Made by a program: the position numbers and the translations under genes | Part shown: positions 46,822 through 57,189 of the stretch, piece after piece | Numbering within the stretch: position 1 is the stretch's first letter | Layout of the letters: every line of letters begins with the position of its first letter | Assembly (NCBI GenBank): GCA_016208975.1 | Contig: JACQXA010000004.1 | Coordinates: forward strand, 2,013,941 to 2,077,940 | DNA: 64,000 nucleotides | From: Nitrospinota bacterium | GTDB taxonomy: Bacteria; Nitrospinota_A; UBA7883; JACRLM01 | Direction: 5' to 3' | The notes under the pieces: model-generated | Told to the model about the DNA's origin: nothing | Databases searched by the model: none | Seen by the model: only the letters and a program-made list of their open reading frames with translations

Positions 46822-48978
46822 CTATTTGCTGGTGTGCCTGAAAGCGCCGTCCCATTCCGGGGGAGGCGGCGTTCGCATATAATGTTCCGCCCGCTCTAAA
46901 AGTGTTTTGGACGGCAGGTCGTCATATCTTTCGATAAGAGTCTTGCACATTGCGACAGCCCCGCTCCAGTCCCTGTTCGAGTATCTTTCAAAAGCCTCTT
47001 CGTACATTGCGGCCTGTTCAACCATTGCGCCGGTCTCCTCACCCCTTCTTGCCATTATCTCGTAAACCAGCGTAGGTTTCTCCTTCCCTTTCACCACGAG
47101 CAGGTCTATTTTCCTGCCGAATACCACTGGTTGCGCGGCCAGGTAAGTGACCTCCGCCGCCAGTATCCGGGTGTTATAAGCCTTGTTGAGCCCCTCCAGC
47201 CGGGAAGACTGGTTCACCGCGTCGCCTATGGCGGTGTAGTCGAACCGGTCGCGGGAGCCCATGTTGCCCACCACGCAAAGGCCGCTGTTGAGCCCCACAC
47301 GCATGTTTATCTCCGGCAAACCCTGCTTGGCCAGCTGGGCGCGGAACCGGTCCAGCCGCGCAAGACATTCCAGCGCCGAAAGGCAGGCCAGTTCCGCATG
47401 CCGTTCCTGCTCCACCGGGGCGCCCCAGAAGGCCATCACCGCGTCGCCAATGTATTTGTCCACAGTGCCGTCCCGTTGGGTGATGGTCTCGGCCATAAGG
47501 GTTGTGTAGCCGTTTAGTATCCCCACCAACGCCGAGGCTTCTAACCGTTCCGATAAAGTTGTAAAACCCACCAGGTCGGAGAAAAGCACGGTTATCTCCC
47601 GCTTCTCGCCGCCCAGTTGAAGCCGCTCGGGCTCTTTAATTATCTGGCTCACCACCGAGGGTGACACATAATGCTGGAACGCCCGCTGGATGAACCGCCT
47701 TTGCCTCCCCTCCACCTGGTACTTGTACCCGGCGGCAAGAATCAGCGAAACCGTGGCCGATGTAAAAAGCGTCAGCAGGCTCATCCACTGGCCGGATTTG
47801 AAAAAGGCGCCGGATGTGGCGAACAGGGCTCCCAAGGTCAACGACGTTATCGCCCCCGCCCAGTAAACCGAATTGATGAACACAACGCTAAAGGCTATAA
47901 ACAGCGCTCCGGCTAAAGCCGCCAACGCTGTGAGCCAAAGGGGGGCCTCCCGCAGGAACCTGGCGTTTAAAAGGTTGTCCAGCGCCGCCGCGTGGATCTC
48001 CATCCCAGGCGACACGGCGGAAAGAGGCGTGGGCTTCAAATCAAACAAGCCAGGCGCTGTGTAGCCTATAATGACGTAGGCGTCGTTAAAAACTTCCGGC
48101 GCTATGGCTGGCTCCACCCCTTGAGAAGCGGCCAGGGCCGACGATATAACCCCGGCGGCGGAATATCGCTTATAGGCATTCCGCCCGCCGTGATAGTAAA
48201 TCCACATGCGCCCATCGCCGTCCAGCGGGATGTCAAGCCCGTTTACGGCCAAGGCTCTGTTGTCGAACCTGGCGGTCTTTTCACTGGAGAATACTGGAGC
48301 CGCGAACAGGGCGGGGATGAGCCCGCCGTTGAAAACTATGGCCGGGGGAACCCGGCGGTAAACCCCGTCGTTGTCCGGTCTGAACGTCACCGATGCCAAC
48401 CCCCGGGCGGCGGCGGCCAACTGCGGGAGGGGGAGCGACGCGCCATTTTTCACCAACGCCATGGGCGCGGCGCCTTCGAAACCGATTCCCGATTTTTGCG
48501 TGGCCTTCATGACCTCCCCGCTGGCGGAGCCGCCGGTGGTGAAAGCCGCCGCCAGGAATACGTTGCCAGCCTTTTGCATGGCGCCGGCGAATTGTTCGTC
48601 GGTCTCCTCGCCGTATGGCGATATGTTGTTGAACAAAATATCGAACATCACCGCGCGGGCTCCGTTTTTGGCGCAATATTCGATTATGGGGTTATAAAGG
48701 CTTCGCGGCCAGGGGAAGGGGATGTTGTCCCGCTCGAAATGGTCCAGGCTATGCTGGTCCACCTCCACAAGTATTATGCGTTTGTCGGCCAGGGCCGGGT
48801 TTGCGTACGCCCGGAACTGGGCGTCCAGCGATTTTAGCGCGAAGGACTCCATAAAAGGCGCGCGGCCAGCGACAACGGCAAGAATGGAGGCCAGCATGGA
48901 AATGCCCAGCGCCGCCGCGGTTTTTTTCATGGTTATCAGCCCGTGATGGTCGAATCCCGTTGGCTTTTCCGTCATCAT
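46822..48978 (-). CDS. CHASE2-domain class III adenylate cyclase
   Basis: FPWPR, PGMEIHA, three TM helices, LFSDLVGFT, DKYIGD, YTAIGDAVN..SRLE (ATP-specifying K/T); start may be 48930. Confidence 0.9.
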   Translation of the reverse strand: MMTEKPTGFDHHGLITMKKTAAALGISMLASILAVVAGRAPFMESFALKSLDAQFRAYANPALADKRIILVEVDQHSLDHFERDNIPFPWPRSLYNPIIEYCAKNGARAVMFDILFNNISPYGEETDEQFAGAMQKAGNVFLAAAFTTGGSASGEVMKATQKSGIGFEGAAPMALVKNGASLPLPQLAAAARGLASVTFRPDNDGVYRRVPPAIVFNGGLIPALFAAPVFSSEKTARFDNRALAVNGLDIPLDGDGRMWIYYHGGRNAYKRYSAAGVISSALAASQGVEPAIAPEVFNDAYVIIGYTAPGLFDLKPTPLSAVSPGMEIHAAALDNLLNARFLREAPLWLTALAALAGALFIAFSVVFINSVYWAGAITSLTLGALFATSGAFFKSGQWMSLLTLFTSATVSLILAAGYKYQVEGRQRRFIQRAFQHYVSPSVVSQIIKEPERLQLGGEKREITVLFSDLVGFTTLSERLEASALVGILNGYTTLMAETITQRDGTVDKYIGDAVMAFWGAPVEQERHAELACLSALECLARLDRFRAQLAKQGLPEINMRVGLNSGLCVVGNMGSRDRFDYTAIGDAVNQSSRLEGLNKAYNTRILAAEVTYLAAQPVVFGRKIDLLVVKGKEKPTLVYEIMARRGEETGAMVEQAAMYEEAFERYSNRDWSGAVAMCKTLIERYDDLPSKTLLERAEHYMRTPPPPEWDGAFRHTSK

Positions 48979-49011
48979 ACCAGAACAACATTAAAGATAG
49001 GTTTTTGAAGG

Positions 49012-49335
49012 ATGGGCATGAGTTTCGCCGAAATGATGGAATCCGTAAAGGCGTTTCATCTCAAACACGATTTCGCCAACAAAGGTGGCGAGGAGATGAA
49101 ATACCGCGTGTGCCTGATGGCCGAGGAGTTGGGGGAGATTTCATCGGCGGTCACCAAGGGCAAGGCGAAAGAGGAACTGGCGGAGGAGATAGCAGACCTT
49201 CTGATCCTCGTGATGGGTTGCGCGATAGCTTTGGATTTTGACATGGAGACGGAGTTCAACAAAAAGATGGAGAAGATAATGGACCGCCCCTCAAAGCTTG
49301 TGAACGGCGTTATCCGGGTGACGGAACACCAGTGA
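49012..49335 (+). CDS. MazG-like nucleotide pyrophosphohydrolase
   Basis: MAEELGEI...EEIADL, KMEK. Confidence 0.8.
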   Translation: MGMSFAEMMESVKAFHLKHDFANKGGEEMKYRVCLMAEELGEISSAVTKGKAKEELAEEIADLLILVMGCAIALDFDMETEFNKKMEKIMDRPSKLVNGVIRVTEHQ

Positions 49336-49363
49336 GGCGGTTATAGGCGGCTCCGAAAGGGGA

Positions 49364-49433
49364 TGTAATGATGAGTTTGTCGAACTATGACCCCAATGTT
49401 GGTTGTCACCCTTCGACGGGCTCAGGGTGACAA
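49364..49433. repeat. REP-like hairpin between convergent genes (possible bidirectional terminator)
   Basis: TTGTCACCCT-TCGACGGGCTC-AGGGTGACAA 10-bp stem plus a degenerate partner upstream. Confidence 0.55.
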
Positions 49434-49485
49434 ATCACCTCTTGCCATTGCCTGTTGAGCAATCTGACCCGGTATAATTCCGGGG

Positions 49486-50853
49486 TTAGCGCTCCGTTTG
49501 CCTTAATGTTTCAATCCACCCTGCAAACTCCTCATTGGCCCGTTCCAGAATTAAAGCGCGGCGTTCTTTTCTGCCCCTGGTCTTTTTCTCCAACGGCGGG
49601 AACAGCGCGAAGTTAATGTTAGTAGGCTGGAAATTGTCCGCCCGCGCAGGGTCGGTAATGTAATGGAGCAGGGCGCCCAGGGTTGTGGCATGCGGAGGCG
49701 GCGGCATGTCCATTCCCAACAACTCCCATGCGGTAAAAGCGCCCGCCAGAAAACCCATGGCCACCGCTTCCACATAACCCTCCACGCCGGTTATCTGGCC
49801 CGCCAGCCGGACCCGATGATCATTTTTCAGCGTCAACCCGGCGCTCAACGCTCTTGGGGAATTAATATAAGTGTTCCTGTGCAGCGAGCCGAACCGGAGG
49901 AAATGGGCTTCTTTCAACCCCGGTAACGTTCTGAAAATGCGCTCCTGCTCGGGGTAGGTAAGCTTGGTCTGGAACCCCACCAGGTTATATGCGTTCCCTT
50001 CCGCGTTTTCCTTCCTCAACTGGATTACGGCGTATGGCCTCTCCCCGGTGGCAGGATTGGTGATACCCACCGGTTTCATGGGCCCGAACGATAAAGCCTC
50101 GCGCCCCCGGGAGGCTATTTCCTCTATGGGCAGGCATCCCTCGAAATAATATTCCTTCTCGAAATTTTCGAATCTCACCGTTTGGGCGGACAGAAGACTG
50201 TCTATAAAGCTCTCATATTCGTTGCGATTAAGCGGGATGTTCAGATAATCCCCGGCGCCCGGTTCGGCGTACCTGTCCTGCTCGAAAACCATGCTTCTGT
50301 CCAAAGAATCGGCCTCCACGATGGGCGCTATGGCGTCGTAAAAATATAGCCCATCGCCTCCGATCAACTCCTTGAGCCGCTCCGCCAAAGCGTTTGAGGT
50401 AAGAGGGCCTGTGGATACGATCACCGCGTCGTAACCCTCGGGGATATCCGTCACTTCCTCACGGATGAGTCGTATGTTCTGGCGTGACTGGATGGCCTTT
50501 GTCACCGCCTTCCCCAACAACTCCCTGTCCACCGCCAGCGCTTTGCCGGCTGGCACACGGCATTTGCGGGCCATTTCCATGATGAGCGACCCGGCTTTCG
50601 AAAGGTTTTCCTTTAGCATGCCGGTGGGCGAAGATAGCTCTTCGGACTTGAGCGAGTTGGAGCACACAAGTTCCCCCAGCCATGCGGTGGCGTGGGCGGG
50701 GGTGGATTTTACCGGCCGCATCTCGTAAAGGTCCACGCGGCCGTTCTCGCCCAGGATACGGGACAACTGCCAGGCCGCTTCCGGCCCGGCCAGCCCGCCG
50801 CCGATAACGGCTACCTGGAAGGCTCTTCTTCCAGCTGTTTCTTGTAGCCGCAT
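49486..50853 (-). CDS. trmFO: Folate/FAD-dependent tRNA m5U54 methyltransferase
   Basis: GGGLAG.EAAWQ, ELVCSNS, FYDAIAP, YFEGCLP, GPMKPVG, AGQITGVEGY; start uncertain. Confidence 0.93.
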   Translation of the reverse strand: MRLQETAGRRAFQVAVIGGGLAGPEAAWQLSRILGENGRVDLYEMRPVKSTPAHATAWLGELVCSNSLKSEELSSPTGMLKENLSKAGSLIMEMARKCRVPAGKALAVDRELLGKAVTKAIQSRQNIRLIREEVTDIPEGYDAVIVSTGPLTSNALAERLKELIGGDGLYFYDAIAPIVEADSLDRSMVFEQDRYAEPGAGDYLNIPLNRNEYESFIDSLLSAQTVRFENFEKEYYFEGCLPIEEIASRGREALSFGPMKPVGITNPATGERPYAVIQLRKENAEGNAYNLVGFQTKLTYPEQERIFRTLPGLKEAHFLRFGSLHRNTYINSPRALSAGLTLKNDHRVRLAGQITGVEGYVEAVAMGFLAGAFTAWELLGMDMPPPPHATTLGALLHYITDPARADNFQPTNINFALFPPLEKKTRGRKERRALILERANEEFAGWIETLRQTER

Positions 50854-53081
50854 TCCTTGTTGGGGCATTTGAGGAATACGCCCGACTTTAACGATTTTTT
50901 CACGAGGAAGGGGTGCTTGCAATCCGGGCAGGCCTCGGCCACCGGCTCGTCCCATGTGGCGAAATCGCACTTGGGATAATTATCGCAACCGTAGAAGGTC
51001 TTTCCGGTCTTGGTGCGTTTGCGGGTAAGCTCGCCGCCGCAATCCGGCTTGGGGCATTTAATGCCTATGCCTATTTGCTTTGTGGTCTTGCACTCCGGAT
51101 AGCGGGAGCATGCCATGTACCGTCCGAACCTGCCGGTCTTTATCACCATGGGGGATCCGCACTTCTCGCATTTCAAATCCGTCGGCTCGTCTGGCGGCGC
51201 CTCTTTTTTCTCCATCGGGATTCCGCTGGCGTCCAGTTTCTTGGTGGTTTTGCATTCCGGGTAGCCGGAGCAAGCCAGGAATTTTCCGAACCGTCCGAAC
51301 TTTATCACCATGGGTTTGCCGCAGTTGTCGCAGACAAATTCCGTCACTTCGGCTTCGGCCTTCACGTTGCGCATCTGTTCGCGCGCCTTGTTCAGGTCCG
51401 CTTCAAAGGGCTTGTAAAAATCGTCCAGCGCCAGGGTCCAATTTTTCTGGCCATCTTCCACCTGGTCCAGCTCGTTCTCCATCTGGGCGGTGAACTCCAC
51501 GTTTATTATGTCGGGGAAATTCTCCACCAGAAGGTCGGTAACCAGTATGCCCAACTCCGAAGGGATAAGCTTGCGGTCCTCCGCCTGGCAGTATTCCCTC
51601 TCCTGGATGACGCCCACGATGCCCGCGTAGGTGGACGGCCTGCCGATGCCCCGCTCCTCCAGCTCCCGGATAAGCGACGCTTCGGTGTATCTTGGCGGCG
51701 GTTGGGTAAAATGCTGGTTCTCCTTAAGCTCCGCAAGTTTCAGCCGCTGGCCCTCGGCCAGGTCCGCCGGGAGGCGTTTGTCCGAATCGTCAGCGCTTTC
51801 ATCCGCGTTCTCTTTGGTCTCCTCGTAAACCTTCAGGAACCCGGCGAATTTCATTATGGAGCCGGTGGCCCGCATAGTGTACTCCCCGGCGGTGATGTCC
51901 ACCGAAGTCACGTCGAACACGGCCTGGGCCATCTGCGAGGCCACGAACCGTTTCCATATCAATTCATATATGGCCAGGTCTTCCTTCGAAAGATGTTTTT
52001 TCATCTTCTCCGGCGTCCGCTCCACCGAGGTGGGGCGGATGGCCTCGTGGGCGTCCTGCGCCGATTTCCCGGTCTTGTAAACGTTGGGGCTGGCGGGCAT
52101 GTATTGGCCGCCGAATTCTTTTTCGATGAAGCCGCGCACGTCGGTGATGGCTTCGGCGGATACCCTGGTGGAGTCAGTCCTCATATAGGTTATAAGACCC
52201 ACCGGTCCCTCTTCACCCACATCCAAACCCTCGTATAGCCTTTGGGCCACCGACATGGTGCGCCGGGCGTTATAACGAAGCTTGCGCGAGGCCTCCTGCT
52301 GGAGTGTGGAGGTGATGAACGGCGCGTAAGGGTTCCGCTTCCGCTCTTTCTTCTCTATCTTCTTTATTACAAGCTCCGCGGCGCGGATGGCGGCGCCTAT
52401 TTTAGCGGCGTCCTCGCCGGAGCCAATTTCTATCTTTTCGCCCTTGAACTGGGCCAGCTTAACCTCGAACGGCGGCGGGGACGAGCCTTCCACAACTCCG
52501 TCTATGGTCCAGTACTCCTGCGGGACGAAGGCGCGGACCTCTTTTTCCCGCTCCACCAATATCCTCATGGCCACCGACTGAACCCTGCCCGCCGAAAGCC
52601 CCTTTCTAACCTTCTCCCAAAGGAGCGGCGAAAGTTTATAGCCCATGAGCCTGTCCAGAATCCTGCGGGCCATCTGGGCGTTCACCTTGTTCAGGTTTAT
52701 CTCGCCCACGTTCTTTATGGCTTCGGTGACGGCTTTCTTGGTGATCTCGTTGAACAGCACCCGGTATATTTTTTTGCCTTTGCCGGAAATTTCCTCCGCC
52801 AGATGGGCGGCTATGGCCTCCCCTTCGCGGTCCGGGTCGGGCGCCAGGTATATTATCTCGGCGCTTTTGGCGGCGCTTTTCAGGTCTTTTAAGACGCTGG
52901 CCTTGCCCTTGATGGTGACAAACTCCGGTTTGTAACCATTCACAATGTCCACGCCCAGCTTGGACTTGGGCAAATTTTTGATGTGCCCCATGGAGGCCAT
53001 CACATTAAAATCCTTGCCCAGATACCGCTTCAACGTGGCCGCCTTCGCCGGCGACTCCACCACTAAAAGACCCTTGGCCAT
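50811..53081 (-). CDS. topA: DNA topoisomerase I
   Basis: VESPAKA, DPDREGE, AGRVQS, ITYMRTDS, C-terminal Zn ribbons. Confidence 0.98.
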   Translation of the reverse strand: MAKGLLVVESPAKAATLKRYLGKDFNVMASMGHIKNLPKSKLGVDIVNGYKPEFVTIKGKASVLKDLKSAAKSAEIIYLAPDPDREGEAIAAHLAEEISGKGKKIYRVLFNEITKKAVTEAIKNVGEINLNKVNAQMARRILDRLMGYKLSPLLWEKVRKGLSAGRVQSVAMRILVEREKEVRAFVPQEYWTIDGVVEGSSPPPFEVKLAQFKGEKIEIGSGEDAAKIGAAIRAAELVIKKIEKKERKRNPYAPFITSTLQQEASRKLRYNARRTMSVAQRLYEGLDVGEEGPVGLITYMRTDSTRVSAEAITDVRGFIEKEFGGQYMPASPNVYKTGKSAQDAHEAIRPTSVERTPEKMKKHLSKEDLAIYELIWKRFVASQMAQAVFDVTSVDITAGEYTMRATGSIMKFAGFLKVYEETKENADESADDSDKRLPADLAEGQRLKLAELKENQHFTQPPPRYTEASLIRELEERGIGRPSTYAGIVGVIQEREYCQAEDRKLIPSELGILVTDLLVENFPDIINVEFTAQMENELDQVEDGQKNWTLALDDFYKPFEADLNKAREQMRNVKAEAEVTEFVCDNCGKPMVIKFGRFGKFLACSGYPECKTTKKLDASGIPMEKKEAPPDEPTDLKCEKCGSPMVIKTGRFGRYMACSRYPECKTTKQIGIGIKCPKPDCGGELTRKRTKTGKTFYGCDNYPKCDFATWDEPVAEACPDCKHPFLVKKSLKSGVFLKCPNKECGYKKQLEEEPSR

Positions 53082-53108
53082 TAGAGCAACACCATAAAAA
53101 ATATAGAT

Positions 53109-54218
53109 TTACGCAAGCATGAAAAGCTTGCCGGGCATCTGTTTCACCTTGCCCTTCAGTTCAAGGGTGAGAAGTATAGCAGACAGCATTGGGGTTGGCA
53201 AACCGCTGGACTGGGCGATTATGTCAATATGCCGTTCGGTATGGTCCATGGCCTCCAATGCCATTTGCTCCTCCGGCGTAAGGGGAATGGGGGTTTCCAG
53301 GGGCAGTTGGGCTTGCCGGGCCTTCAGTTTTCCCAATACATACTCGGGCAATTCCTCAAGGATATCTTCCACCGACTGGACCAGCTTAGCGTGCCCTTTC
53401 TTAATGAGGCGGTTGGGGCCTTCGCTTTTCGGAGAGTTCACCGGGCCGGGCAGGGCGAACACGTCCCGGTTGTCATCCAAAGCGGCGTAGGCAGTTATCA
53501 ACGCTCCACTTTTCTCGGCGGCCTCTATAACCAGCACCCCGAGACATAATCCGCTGACAACCCGGTTGCGCATGGGGAAATGTATCTTGTCCGGCCCGGC
53601 GATGAATGGAAACTGGCTTATCACGGCTCCGGTGTCGGGTATCTTCTTCTGAATGTCCCGGTGCTCGGCCGGGTAATATATGTTCAGCCCGCATCCCAGC
53701 ACCGCCGCCGTCCTTCCCCCGGCGTTCATTGCGCCCCGGTGCGCCAGGCCATCCACCCCCCTCGCCAGCCCCGACACCACCATTACGCCAAGTTCCGCCA
53801 GGGCTCCTGCCAGTTTTTCGGCCATCATCTTGCCGTAGCTTGTGGGCGCGCGCGTCCCCACCACGCCTATCGCAAGCTCGTCCTCCTCCCGCCAATCCCC
53901 GGCGATGGATAACACGGGCGGGGGGGAATAAATGTTCTCCAGAGGTTTTGGGTAACCATCTTCACCGAGCAGGTTGATGCTGGCGCCCAGCTTTTCGGCC
54001 ATTTGGGTTTCCCTGGCGGAGACTTTCAAAGGGTCTGTCCCGCTGATTTTTTTCGCCAGCGCCTCGGACACCCCCTCCACTTCGGCAAGCCGCGCCACTG
54101 GAGTTTGAAAAACCTCCATGGCCGAGCCGAACGCCGCCACGAGCCGGTGGAATATCACAGGCCCGATGAACGGCACTGCGTTCAACGCTATGCGGTAGTC
54201 GCGGTCATCACCTGGCAT
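53109..54218 (-). CDS. dprA: DNA processing protein A
   Basis: VVGTR, VSGLARGVDG.AH, FP.RNR..SG, SGALITA. Confidence 0.95.
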   Translation of the reverse strand: MPGDDRDYRIALNAVPFIGPVIFHRLVAAFGSAMEVFQTPVARLAEVEGVSEALAKKISGTDPLKVSARETQMAEKLGASINLLGEDGYPKPLENIYSPPPVLSIAGDWREEDELAIGVVGTRAPTSYGKMMAEKLAGALAELGVMVVSGLARGVDGLAHRGAMNAGGRTAAVLGCGLNIYYPAEHRDIQKKIPDTGAVISQFPFIAGPDKIHFPMRNRVVSGLCLGVLVIEAAEKSGALITAYAALDDNRDVFALPGPVNSPKSEGPNRLIKKGHAKLVQSVEDILEELPEYVLGKLKARQAQLPLETPIPLTPEEQMALEAMDHTERHIDIIAQSSGLPTPMLSAILLTLELKGKVKQMPGKLFMLA

Positions 54219-54230
54219 TTATGCTTTTCC

Positions 54231-57122
54231 TTATTGCGCCCGTTGCGAGACAAAATCCAGATAAACCGCCCTTACTTTCGCCATGGTCTCCTTTACCTCC
54301 CCCAACAACCTTTCAGGCCCCACGCCGGGAAGAGCAACCATCCGCGCCAGCCGCCGCAACGCCGCAACATCCAGCGGGATCACATTTAACGCCTGTTCCC
54401 GGTCCATCCTCAAAGCGTCTTCCAGGGAGCGGTATAGGACATACGCTTTTTCCAGCTCCACGGTGTCTTGGGCGGAAATGATTTTGCGGGCTCTAGCCCT
54501 TGCCAGGGTGGACATGGTGAACGGCTCTTCCTTCTCCGGCGGGGAGCCCAGCGACGGTTCCTCCAGCGCCAGCCATTGCAGGATGAACTCTATTTCAATC
54601 AGCCCGCCCCGGCCGAACTTTATGTCCACCGCGCCAGTCCTCACCTTTTCGTCGGCTATGCGTTCCCGGATCTCGGCAATGCGGGCCGATTCCTGCGGGG
54701 TAAGGGGTGGGTGAGTTATAAACCTGTCCATCGTTTCCATCACCATGGCCCCCACAGCCTCATCTCCGGCGATGGGGCGGGCGCCCACCAGCGCCAGCCG
54801 TTCCCACGCGTCGGCTTTGCCGCCGTAATATTCTTCCGCCGCGTTGATGGAGGGCACAAGCTCTCCTTTCTCGCCATAGGGGCGCAGACGCATGTCCAGC
54901 GCGTATCCGGAACCGTATGGAGTATATGCCCCGCAAAGCCTGATAGCATGTTGAGTCAATAACGTTACCCCGGCCCTGTCCATTTCCCGGTCGTCCACGA
55001 ACACTATAAGGTCCATGTCCGACCCGTAGTTCATCTCCCGGCGGCCCAGTTTTCCCGCCGCCAGAACAGCCCAGCCCTTTTCGCCGCAACCGGTTTCAAA
55101 GGCCGCCAGGGAGAATGAGGCCTTCAAAAACTCCTCGGCAAGTTTTGTAAGACCCTCCATCAGCTCGAACCTGTCCGATAAGCCCAATAACCTGCGCAAA
55201 CCCAGCCGCAGGCTTTCGGCGGAGCGGAACATGTTCAGTGACGACATTTTGTTTTCGGCGGTTCCGCCGCCATCCAGCGCCGAGCGGAACTCCCCCCGGT
55301 AACGGAACCTGTCGGCGGGCCTTTCCAATGGGTCGGCCACCAGCATGCGGTCTAGAACATCGGGCTGGCGGATGAGTGTGGCCGTGAGCCGCTCCGATTG
55401 GGAGAAGATGGCCGACAGGAGTTTTATTATGGGTCTGGTCTCGTCCAGAAGCTCATATAGCATGTCGCGCCCGCCCCTTGCCTCCACGAAACGCTCGAAA
55501 CCCACAAGCACATGGTCGGGCCATGGGGTAGCCTGGGCTTCCCTTATTATCTCCGGCCCGAACCTGTCGAAAGCCAGCCTGCTCCTTTCAGACGGATGGG
55601 TGAAGGGTTTGCCGTTACGCAAGGTGTTCAGCGCCCGGGCCGATTCTTCAGGTTTGTCGAAGCTCAAGGAATCCAGCCATGCGGTGATGGTCTCAACATC
55701 ATCGGTGGGGGCCGGGAAAGAGTCCGCCGCCTTTTTTTCCTCTTCCTTCTTGAAAAACAAGTCAAAGATGTTCCGCACCCGTTTTTGGCGTTTTTTGGTC
55801 TCTTCCAATAGCGTGGCCGCCGGATCCTCAGAGTCAAAACCCATCAGCTTGCCAAGTACTTTGAGCCGCTCGGGGTATTCAGGCATGGAATGGGTCTGGA
55901 GCAACTGATGATACTGGATACGGTTCTCCAGCCGCCTGTAGAATAGATATGATTCCCTCAAGTCCCGGTGATGTGGAGCGGAGAGAAGCCCCAGGGTCCG
56001 GCACGCGTCCAGGGCTTTTAGCGTATTCTGCGTCCTCAGTTCCGGATAACGCGCCGCGTAAAGCAACTGCATGGCCTGGGTCACAAACTCTATCTCCCGG
56101 ATGCCGCCATGGCCGAGCTTTATGTTCCTTTCGGCGTTTCTTACCCCTTTTTTCGACTGAAGCTGAAGATCTATCTTGCCTTTCATGGCGGCGATTTCAT
56201 CTATGGCGCGCTGGTCCAGGTATTTCCTGTACATGAACGGGTAGAGCCTGCGGAGGGTCTCATCGCCCACTTGTTTTGAGCCGCCGCAAACCCGGGCCTT
56301 TAACAAGGCCTGGCGCTCCCATTGCTGGCCCCATGACTCGTAATAAACCTCCATGGCCCCTATGGAGTTTGTAATCTCCCCCCGGGTCCCTTCCGGGCGC
56401 AGGTCCAGGTCCACCCGGAAAACGGAGCCATCCTCGGTGGATTCCCCCAACAGCCTGGTCACCTCCCGCGCCACCATTACAAAATGCTGGTGGAGGGGCG
56501 TGATGGCGGAGCCATCCTCTTTGCCGGTGGTGGAGCCGTTGTTCGACGAATGTACATATATAAGATCCACGTCCGACGATATGTTCAACTCCTCACCGCC
56601 CAGCTTCCCCATGCCCAGGCAGGCGAATCTGGCCGGAAGCTCCTCTTTCCCCTCAAAAGGGGTATAAAAAGGCTGGCCATGAAGCTTAAGAAACTTCGTT
56701 TCGGCGATTGTTATGGCGGTGTCTATGGCGATGTCGGCCACGGTGGACCATTCGGCCAGCGCCTCGGTGACTTCGCACAGGCCCGCCAGTTCCCGGGCGG
56801 CGATGCGGGCCAGTTCCCGGTGCTTGAACCTTCGCAGGGCGGGCATTGGCTCCATTGCCGTCAGTAGCATTTCGATATGCCCCTGCATGGATTCTTTGCC
56901 TCGTGACGAAAGCAGAATCTCCCCGGTGGTGAGCCAGTCCAGGTCATTGGGCCGGGCAAGGATGTAGTTGGTAAGGTAATCGCTTCCGGCGAACAACCCG
57001 GCCAGCGGAGTGAAAATTTCCGGGAAGGAGGCCAGTTGGGGCCTTGTTTCAAAAAGCCGGTTGAACCCGGAGGCCACGGTGTCCGGATCGGCTGATGATA
57101 GGACGATTTCTTCCGGTGTCAT
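54231..57122 (-). CDS. glnE: Glutamine synthetase adenylyltransferase / removase
   Basis: Two NT domains: GKLGGEELNISSDVD and GKLGRREMNYGSDMD; VDLDLRPEG, KLG.GGIREIEF. Confidence 0.92.
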   Translation of the reverse strand: MTPEEIVLSSADPDTVASGFNRLFETRPQLASFPEIFTPLAGLFAGSDYLTNYILARPNDLDWLTTGEILLSSRGKESMQGHIEMLLTAMEPMPALRRFKHRELARIAARELAGLCEVTEALAEWSTVADIAIDTAITIAETKFLKLHGQPFYTPFEGKEELPARFACLGMGKLGGEELNISSDVDLIYVHSSNNGSTTGKEDGSAITPLHQHFVMVAREVTRLLGESTEDGSVFRVDLDLRPEGTRGEITNSIGAMEVYYESWGQQWERQALLKARVCGGSKQVGDETLRRLYPFMYRKYLDQRAIDEIAAMKGKIDLQLQSKKGVRNAERNIKLGHGGIREIEFVTQAMQLLYAARYPELRTQNTLKALDACRTLGLLSAPHHRDLRESYLFYRRLENRIQYHQLLQTHSMPEYPERLKVLGKLMGFDSEDPAATLLEETKKRQKRVRNIFDLFFKKEEEKKAADSFPAPTDDVETITAWLDSLSFDKPEESARALNTLRNGKPFTHPSERSRLAFDRFGPEIIREAQATPWPDHVLVGFERFVEARGGRDMLYELLDETRPIIKLLSAIFSQSERLTATLIRQPDVLDRMLVADPLERPADRFRYRGEFRSALDGGGTAENKMSSLNMFRSAESLRLGLRRLLGLSDRFELMEGLTKLAEEFLKASFSLAAFETGCGEKGWAVLAAGKLGRREMNYGSDMDLIVFVDDREMDRAGVTLLTQHAIRLCGAYTPYGSGYALDMRLRPYGEKGELVPSINAAEEYYGGKADAWERLALVGARPIAGDEAVGAMVMETMDRFITHPPLTPQESARIAEIRERIADEKVRTGAVDIKFGRGGLIEIEFILQWLALEEPSLGSPPEKEEPFTMSTLARARARKIISAQDTVELEKAYVLYRSLEDALRMDREQALNVIPLDVAALRRLARMVALPGVGPERLLGEVKETMAKVRAVYLDFVSQRAQ

Positions 57123-57189
57123 AATCAGGATTCGCCGAGCCAAATGAGCAGGTTAATCCAACATGGGAACTTTGCGCGAGGCGTCGGTT

